From Horticoccus luteus (GTDB taxonomy: Bacteria; Verrucomicrobiota; Verrucomicrobiia; Opitutales; Opitutaceae), in the NCBI RefSeq assembly GCF_019464535.1, contig NZ_CP080507.1:1470001-1502000 (forward strand): 32,000 nucleotides of DNA, in the 5' to 3' direction. The position numbers were made by a program, and so were the translations under genes. The notes under the pieces were generated by a model. It saw nothing but the letters and a program-made list of their open reading frames with translations, searched no databases and was not told the DNA's origin. Shown here in pieces: positions 26,833-32,000 of this stretch. Each line of letters starts with the position of its first letter. The stretch's first letter is position 1.

Positions 26833-27864
26833 CTACTTTTTGTCGGGGATCGAAAACTTGATCACTGGGGCGGAGCTGTCGCCGAGGACGTCGTGACCCG
26901 CCGGCAGCGGCGCGGCGGTAATGGGTGTCGTCGCAGGCGGAGCATCGGGCGCGCGGGCGAAGGCGGGGGCGTCGGCGGGGAGGAGTCTGAAGCCGCGTTC
27001 GAGGAGTTCGGCCATTTTGATGTCGCGCGTTTTGCGATCGGTGGAGCCCATGCTGACGGCGATGATGCGGTGACCGTTGCGCAGGGCGGTGGCGGCGAGG
27101 CAGAAGCCGGCGCCGTTGGTGAAGCCGGTCTTGAGGCCGTCGACGCCGTTGATGCGACCGAGCAGATGGTTATGGTTGTTCATCACGACGACGGTATCCG
27201 ACGGGCGCTGGCCCTCGCCGAAACGACGCGTTTTCACGGAGGTGTATTTCAAAATGTCGGTGTGGAGGACGAGGTAGCGGGCGAGAGTGGCGAGGTCGCG
27301 GGGGGTGGTGAGATCGCCGTCGGCGATGCGACGGCTCGGGGGAGGCAGGCCGTGGGGCGAACGAAAGGTGGTGTGAAGCATCCCGAGGCTTTGGGCGCGG
27401 GCGTTCATCAGTTCAACGAAGGCGGAGGTGGTGCCGGCGGTGGTGCGGGCGAGCGCGGAGGCGGCGTCGTTGGCGGATTGGATCATCAACGCGTAGAGGA
27501 GATCTTCCACGGTGAAGACTTCCTTTTCCTTCAACCAAACCTGCGTGCCACCCATGCGGGCGTCTTCGGCGGTGACGGTGATGGGCGTCTGCAGCGTAAG
27601 GGTGCCCTTTTGCAAGTGGTCGCTCACGACGAGATACGTCATGAGTTTGGTGACGCTCGCGGGCGGATTACTGATGTCGGCGTTGTCTTCGAAGAGGACT
27701 TTGCCGCTGGCGGCATCGACGATGATCGCGCCTTTGTAGGCGGGAGCGGCTTCGCGGGCGGGTGCGGGCCGCGCGTGGGTTTTGGCCGCGGAAACGGCGG
27801 GCACCGCGGCAAGCACCACAGCGCAGGAGAGGAAAGGAAAGAGAAGGCGGCGCGCGAAAGTCAT
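26833..27864 (-). CDS. D-alanyl-D-alanine carboxypeptidase (S11 low-molecular-weight PBP)
   Basis: Signal peptide, then SVTKLMT (SxxK), QSANDA (SxN) and LKTGFTNGAG (KTG). Confidence 0.88.
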   Translation of the reverse strand: MTFARRLLFPFLSCAVVLAAVPAVSAAKTHARPAPAREAAPAYKGAIIVDAASGKVLFEDNADISNPPASVTKLMTYLVVSDHLQKGTLTLQTPITVTAEDARMGGTQVWLKEKEVFTVEDLLYALMIQSANDAASALARTTAGTTSAFVELMNARAQSLGMLHTTFRSPHGLPPPSRRIADGDLTTPRDLATLARYLVLHTDILKYTSVKTRRFGEGQRPSDTVVVMNNHNHLLGRINGVDGLKTGFTNGAGFCLAATALRNGHRIIAVSMGSTDRKTRDIKMAELLERGFRLLPADAPAFARAPDAPPATTPITAAPLPAGHDVLGDSSAPVIKFSIPDKK

Positions 27865-28115
27865 CTGGCGCGAAGAAGGGGAATTCGCCGCGCGGCGCGA
27901 GTCGAATCCGTGTGCGGGCGATCACGGATGCGAGCGCCGCGGAAAGCAGCCGGCGGGGAATTTCGGCGCGGTGGACGGCAATGCGTTCGCCGACGGAAAT
28001 TTCGGTGAAGCGAAAACGGAGAGCGTCGATGACCCGGGTCGCGCGGGCCGGAGAATTCGGGCGAAAAAAACTTGGAGGGACGCGTGTCGCGACGCGGCGT
28101 GAGGCAGAACGCGGG

Positions 28116-28544
28116 TTAGGGATGGCCGTCGAGGCCGGCGCGGCGGCGCGCGGACGAGCGGGGCGATTTTTTCGGCGAAGGGATGATGCCGAGGCGGGGA
28201 TCGCGGCGGCGAACGAGGTTCACGAGTGCGGCCGCCGTGCGCTCGAAGGTGTCGGTGCTCTCCGGCAGATAAAGCCACTTGGGAAGAATCGCGTGCGGGG
28301 CGAGGGACGGAAACTCCGCGACGAGCGCCTCGTGACGAGTGCGGTCGGTGCACGCAAGGAGGCCGCGCCACGGTTCTTCGCCGGCCGAAAAGCAGAGCAT
28401 CATCTTGCCATCGAGATAAACCGCCTTGGTGCCAAACATGGAGCGGAGCACGAACGTCGGTTCGCGTTCAAGCGGCTCCCAGAGCCACGCGTAGGGATGC
28501 ACGGGGCGCGGCGCGCCGATGGATTGAGAACGGGAGCGGGCCAT
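28116..28544 (-). CDS. TfoX N-terminal-domain-like protein
   Basis: RSMFGTKAVYLDGKMMLCFSAGE...WLYLPES resembles the MFGGxGxYxxGxmFa...yyxvPe pattern of TfoX_N. Basic disordered tail. The ATG at 28544 is preferred. Confidence 0.4.
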   Translation of the reverse strand: MARSRSQSIGAPRPVHPYAWLWEPLEREPTFVLRSMFGTKAVYLDGKMMLCFSAGEEPWRGLLACTDRTRHEALVAEFPSLAPHAILPKWLYLPESTDTFERTAAALVNLVRRRDPRLGIIPSPKKSPRSSARRRAGLDGHP

Positions 28545-28667
28545 CGTCGTCAGAGTTGCAACGACGAAACGATGGCGCAACGGGCAGACGAGCGCAACGG
28601 TGCGAAAGCGGAGAACACGCGCGGAGGCGACGGTGCGTTTCGCGCCGCGCACAGAGGCGCGGAGTCG

Positions 28668-30317
28668 CTATTTCGTCTGCTCGATCGGCAGACGGTGAAG
28701 CGTGAAGCCAGGGTTCTTCTCGATGAAGTAACGCTCGGTCCACTCGTTGGGAAAGAGCACGACGGGATGGCCAAATTTGTCAGCGCCGAAGCTCACGCCG
28801 CTGGCGACGACGATGCTCGAGTAGTCGAAGCCTTTCGGGCCGATGAGGTCGGGTGGAATTTCGACCCATTTGAGGAGCGTCCACGGTGCGGGTGTCAGGC
28901 GCGACTCGGCGTTGTATTCGCTTTGGAGGCGCCACTGGACGACTTCGAATTGGAGCGGACCGACGGCGGCGAGGAGCGTGGCGCCGGGCGGGGCGTTGCG
29001 GGCGGTGAAGGACTGCACGACGCCTTCCTGCAAAAGCTGTTCGAGGCCGGCGCGGTATTTCTTGGCGTCGCCCGCGCTCGGGTTGGAGATGTAGGTGAAG
29101 ACTTCCGGCGGGAAGCGCGGGATCTCGTCGTAGGCGATGGTGCGATCGTCGGTGAGGGTGTCGCCGATGCCGAACGCATCATGGCCAACGAGGCCGATGA
29201 CGTCGCCGGGCCAGGCTTCGTCGACGGTCTCGCGTTCCTGGCCGAAGAGTTTGTGGGAGGAGGAGAGGCGCACCTGTTTGCCGGTGCGTTGGTGCGTGAC
29301 GACCATGTCGCGCTCGAATTTGCCGGAGCAGACGCGAAGAAACGCGATGCGGTCCCGGTGCTTCGGATCCATGTTGGCCTGGATTTTGAAAATGAAGCCG
29401 GAGAACTTGGGGTCGTTGACCGGGACGACGCGATCGGTGGTGGGCTGTGCGAGTCCGGGCACGGTGACGCTGACGGAGTGGCGCGGAGCGGGCGGAACGG
29501 AGTCGTGGAGAAAGCCGTTTAACAGGAGTTCGATGCCGAAGTTGTTGACGGCGGAGCCGAAGAAGACGGGCGTCTGGCGGCCGTGGCGGACGGCGTCGAG
29601 ATCGTAGGGATGACCGGCGCCATCGAGCATCTCGAGTTGTTCTTTGACGGCGGTGTAGGTGTCGTCATCGAGTTTTTTGCGGACGGCGGGATCGTCGAGG
29701 GAGGTGACGCTTTCGGGGGCGCGAAAAGCGCCGCCGGGAACGCGTTCGAAGAGATGCACCTCGCGCGAGCGGCGGTCGAACACGCCGCGGAAAGACGGGC
29801 CGCTGCCGAGGGGCCAGACGACGGGCGAGGACTGGAGACCGAGGACGCTTTCGAGTTCGTCGAGCAAGTCGAGCGGATCGCGCGTGGGGCGATCGCACTT
29901 GTTCATGAACGTGAAGATGGGGACGCCGCGGCGGCGGCAGACTTCGAAGAGTTTGCGCGTCTGAGCCTCGACGCCTTTGGCGGCGTCGATGACCATCAAC
30001 GCGGCGTCGACGGCGGTGAGGACGCGGTAGGTATCCTCGGAAAAATCCTTGTGACCGGGCGTGTCGAGGAGGTTGACGGCGCAGCCGGCGAAATCGAACT
30101 GGAGGACGGTCGAGGAGATGGAAATGCCGCGCTGTTTTTCGAGTTCCATCCAGTCGGAGGCGGTGGCGCGCTGATTTTTGCGGGCGGTGACGGAGCCGGC
30201 GAGATGCAGGGCGTTGCCGTAGAGGAGGAATTTCTCGGTGAGCGTGGTTTTGCCCGCGTCGGGGTGAGAGATGATCGCGAAGGTGCGACGGCGGGCGATT
30301 TCCTGAGCGGGTGACAT
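28668..30317 (-). CDS. prfC: Peptide chain release factor 3 (translational GTPase)
   Basis: RRTFAIISHPDAGKTTLTEK (G1), LLDTPGHKDF (G3), FMNKCDR (G4), and RF3-specific downstream domains. ATG at 30317. Confidence 0.93.
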   Translation of the reverse strand: MSPAQEIARRRTFAIISHPDAGKTTLTEKFLLYGNALHLAGSVTARKNQRATASDWMELEKQRGISISSTVLQFDFAGCAVNLLDTPGHKDFSEDTYRVLTAVDAALMVIDAAKGVEAQTRKLFEVCRRRGVPIFTFMNKCDRPTRDPLDLLDELESVLGLQSSPVVWPLGSGPSFRGVFDRRSREVHLFERVPGGAFRAPESVTSLDDPAVRKKLDDDTYTAVKEQLEMLDGAGHPYDLDAVRHGRQTPVFFGSAVNNFGIELLLNGFLHDSVPPAPRHSVSVTVPGLAQPTTDRVVPVNDPKFSGFIFKIQANMDPKHRDRIAFLRVCSGKFERDMVVTHQRTGKQVRLSSSHKLFGQERETVDEAWPGDVIGLVGHDAFGIGDTLTDDRTIAYDEIPRFPPEVFTYISNPSAGDAKKYRAGLEQLLQEGVVQSFTARNAPPGATLLAAVGPLQFEVVQWRLQSEYNAESRLTPAPWTLLKWVEIPPDLIGPKGFDYSSIVVASGVSFGADKFGHPVVLFPNEWTERYFIEKNPGFTLHRLPIEQTK

Positions 30318-30515
30318 GGCGAAACCCGCAAGGAAACGGGCTCCAGGCGGGGAATGAAAGCCAATTTCCGGAGAGCAGAGCGGTCGACACACCGCAGCGG
30401 CGGGCGGGCATGATCCGGAAGCGAGCGCCGTTATACGGCGGACGCGAGGCGGGGGCCGGCGTGCTCGCGCCGGCGTTTTGAGGGGTGAGGCGGCCGCGGC
30501 GGGTCGCCGCTGGGC

Positions 30516-31169
30516 TTAGTGCTGGCTGGCTTCGAGGTCGCGGCGGAGCGCCTTGAGGGCGTCGATCTCTTTCTGCAATTCGTCTTTCTCGGCCTTGGTT
30601 TTGGCGAGGGATTTTTGCTCGAGCAGGTCGTGTTCGTCCTGCAACAACTCGACGCGTTGGGCGGCGATGCGTTCGCGTTCGGTCGCGCCTTGGCCGCCGA
30701 AAATGGAGAGGGCTTTGGCGACTTTGGAATTGTTGAGCGCTTTGTCGGCCTCGCTGGATTTGGTGAGTTCCTTCTCCTTCGCGGCCTGTTCTTCGTTGGC
30801 TTTCAACTTGGCGTCTTCATCGGTGACGCGGTTGCGGCGCACCTCGAGTTTGGGCAGCATGGTCGCCGGATCTTCGCGCGCTTCGGTGACGTTGTCCTTG
30901 GGCTTGTTCACGGGCGCGGGTGCCGGATCTGTTTTGCCGGCGGCGGCGGCAGTGGCCGCGACGGTGGTCTTCGGGGCGTCGGCGGGCGGTGGGGCGAATT
31001 TGATGTCCTCGGCGAGACTTTCGCGAATGGCCTCTTTCACGTGATCGCTGGTGCCAGAGTCGGCAGGCGCGGGCGGGGGCGGCGGAGGTGCCGAAGGTTC
31101 GGCCGCCAGCGCGGCGACAGCGAGGAACAGGCCGAGCGACGCGAGGCGAAAGGGAGAGGAGGCAAACAT
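30516..31169 (-). CDS. Secreted coiled-coil protein of unknown function
   Basis: Signal peptide MFASSPFRLASLGLFLAVAALAA, a Pro/Ala linker, then a K/E/L-rich heptad-like C-terminal half. Confidence 0.55.
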   Translation of the reverse strand: MFASSPFRLASLGLFLAVAALAAEPSAPPPPPPAPADSGTSDHVKEAIRESLAEDIKFAPPPADAPKTTVAATAAAAGKTDPAPAPVNKPKDNVTEAREDPATMLPKLEVRRNRVTDEDAKLKANEEQAAKEKELTKSSEADKALNNSKVAKALSIFGGQGATERERIAAQRVELLQDEHDLLEQKSLAKTKAEKDELQKEIDALKALRRDLEASQH

Positions 31170-31217
31170 GGGGCGCACGGTAGGAGCAACCGCGCGCGAG
31201 TCCAGACGAGACGGGAT

Positions 31218-32000
31218 TCAGGCCGGGGGCGTGCCGCGGGGGCGCGGGCGGCGGCGCCAGACGACCGCGACGAAGCCGAGGCCGACGGCCACGAGGGCGT
31301 AGGTGCCGGGCTCGGGGACGGGCGAGAACACGACGGGGCCGGAGTAGCCGTCGGCGTAGTGAATCTCGGCGTTGGTCTGCGTGTAACTGCCGGCGACGAG
31401 CTGGCCGTTGAGGTAGTGGTTGTTGTTTTCGATGTCGACCAGCGGGGCGAGAATGCTGCCGTAAAAATTGGTGCTCAAGGTGAGCTTGTCGGGGGTGGCC
31501 GCGTTGTTGTCGGGCAGGATATTCCAGAGCAGCTGCTGGTTGTTGGAACCGCCGCTGAGGTTATTGACGCCGTCGAAGAGAATTTTGCCGCCGGCGGAAG
31601 TCGCGTTGAGGACGTTGATAACGAAGTATTGGTCGGCGGCGAGGTTGGCCTTGATGTCGCTCAGTCGCTCGGTGTTTTGGTCGAAGAAGCCGTCGCCATT
31701 GGCATCGTAGTAGCCGTTGACGATGCGACTGGCATCGAGGTTGAAGACGGTGACGCCGGACGCGTTGCTGGTGAAGGTGAGTGTCTGACCGGAGACGCCG
31801 ATGGTGCCGGTGGCGTTGGCGGCGGCGAGGGCGTTGGAAACGGCGATGAGGCTCGAGCCGACGGAGGACCAGTTCCAGCCGTTGGGCCCGGTGACGGTGC
31901 GAGGATCGGTGTAGGCGCGCGCGTCGCTGGTGTTGTAGGCCATCATGCCGGAACCGGTGACGAGCTGGCGTTGGTAATTATTGCCGGCGGGGTTGTAGGT
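31218..32000 (-). CDS. PEP-CTERM-anchored protein with a choice-of-anchor-A-like domain (5' end probably beyond the window)
   Basis: C-terminal sorting signal PVPEPGTYALVAVGLGFVAVVWRRR. The upstream LLWNILP...FYGSILAPLVDIENNNHYLNGQLVAGSY resembles the choice-of-anchor A family. The reading frame stays open from 31947 to 32000. Confidence 0.75.
   Translation of the reverse strand, partial: TYNPAGNNYQRQLVTGSGMMAYNTSDARAYTDPRTVTGPNGWNWSSVGSSLIAVSNALAAANATGTIGVSGQTLTFTSNASGVTVFNLDASRIVNGYYDANGDGFFDQNTERLSDIKANLAADQYFVINVLNATSAGGKILFDGVNNLSGGSNNQQLLWNILPDNNAATPDKLTLSTNFYGSILAPLVDIENNNHYLNGQLVAGSYTQTNAEIHYADGYSGPVVFSPVPEPGTYALVAVGLGFVAVVWRRRPRPRGTPPA

Noticed and set aside
28064-28096. A possible - strand terminator after the TfoX-like gene: CGCGT-CGCGAC-ACGCG, then a T7 run.
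   Set aside because: The stem is only 5 bp and the T-run is about 10 nt away from the stem. This is below what I would accept without an energy calculation.
30455-30480. The hairpin GCCGGCG-TGCTCG-CGCCGGC followed by GTTTTG, which looks like an intrinsic terminator on the + strand.
   Set aside because: No + strand gene ends upstream of it. On the - strand, where the coiled-coil gene ends at 30516, it lacks a U-tract. It may function as a weak terminator or stabiliser, but support is insufficient.

Overview
High-GC bacterial chromosome segment. The composition, a PEP-CTERM/choice-of-anchor protein and the overall gene content suggest Verrucomicrobiota (Opitutaceae-like), but that placement is only inference. 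About 85% of the window is ordinary, tightly packed housekeeping sequence. It includes glmM (3' part) and a TPR protein. A manganese module follows: divergent mntR and mntH around a perfect 18-bp palindrome, with mntR followed by a two-domain ABC permease and an EamA transporter, and mntH followed by a Usp protein and an amidohydrolase. Further genes are an amidase, RidA, a HAD hydrolase, an OPT transporter, a VOC protein, argA, proS, clpS with an overlapping partner ORF, and a hemF-hemE-hemY heme cluster. After these come a His-rich-loop membrane protein, an S11 D-Ala-D-Ala carboxypeptidase, a TfoX-like protein, prfC, a secreted coiled-coil protein and a PEP-CTERM protein that runs off the window end. 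The one clearly accessory region is about 7.9-12.2 kb, a mosaic of AT-rich and GC-rich blocks between two housekeeping genes. It holds a ~0.72-kb module present twice in direct orientation (8754-9473 and 11374-12092, ~97% identical). Each module carries a conserved ~220-bp leader, a 135-aa signal-peptide-bearing Ala-rich protein and the 5' end of a YD/RHS-repeat ORF. Only the first copy continues into about 350 aa of YD repeats. That ORF stops inside the RHS-associated core motif (…YLYDPFG…), exactly where GC content collapses. Each module is preceded by an AT-rich orphan ORF (159 aa and 245 aa). I read this as a degenerate or unconventional Rhs-type polymorphic-toxin/immunity-like cassette array with no recognisable toxin domain. 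It is the best candidate here for something undescribed, but its function is inference only. I found no CRISPR array, rRNA, tRNA, integrase or transposase. Many long Arg/Pro-rich ORFs in the track are antisense or off-frame shadows of real genes, as is typical of high-GC DNA.
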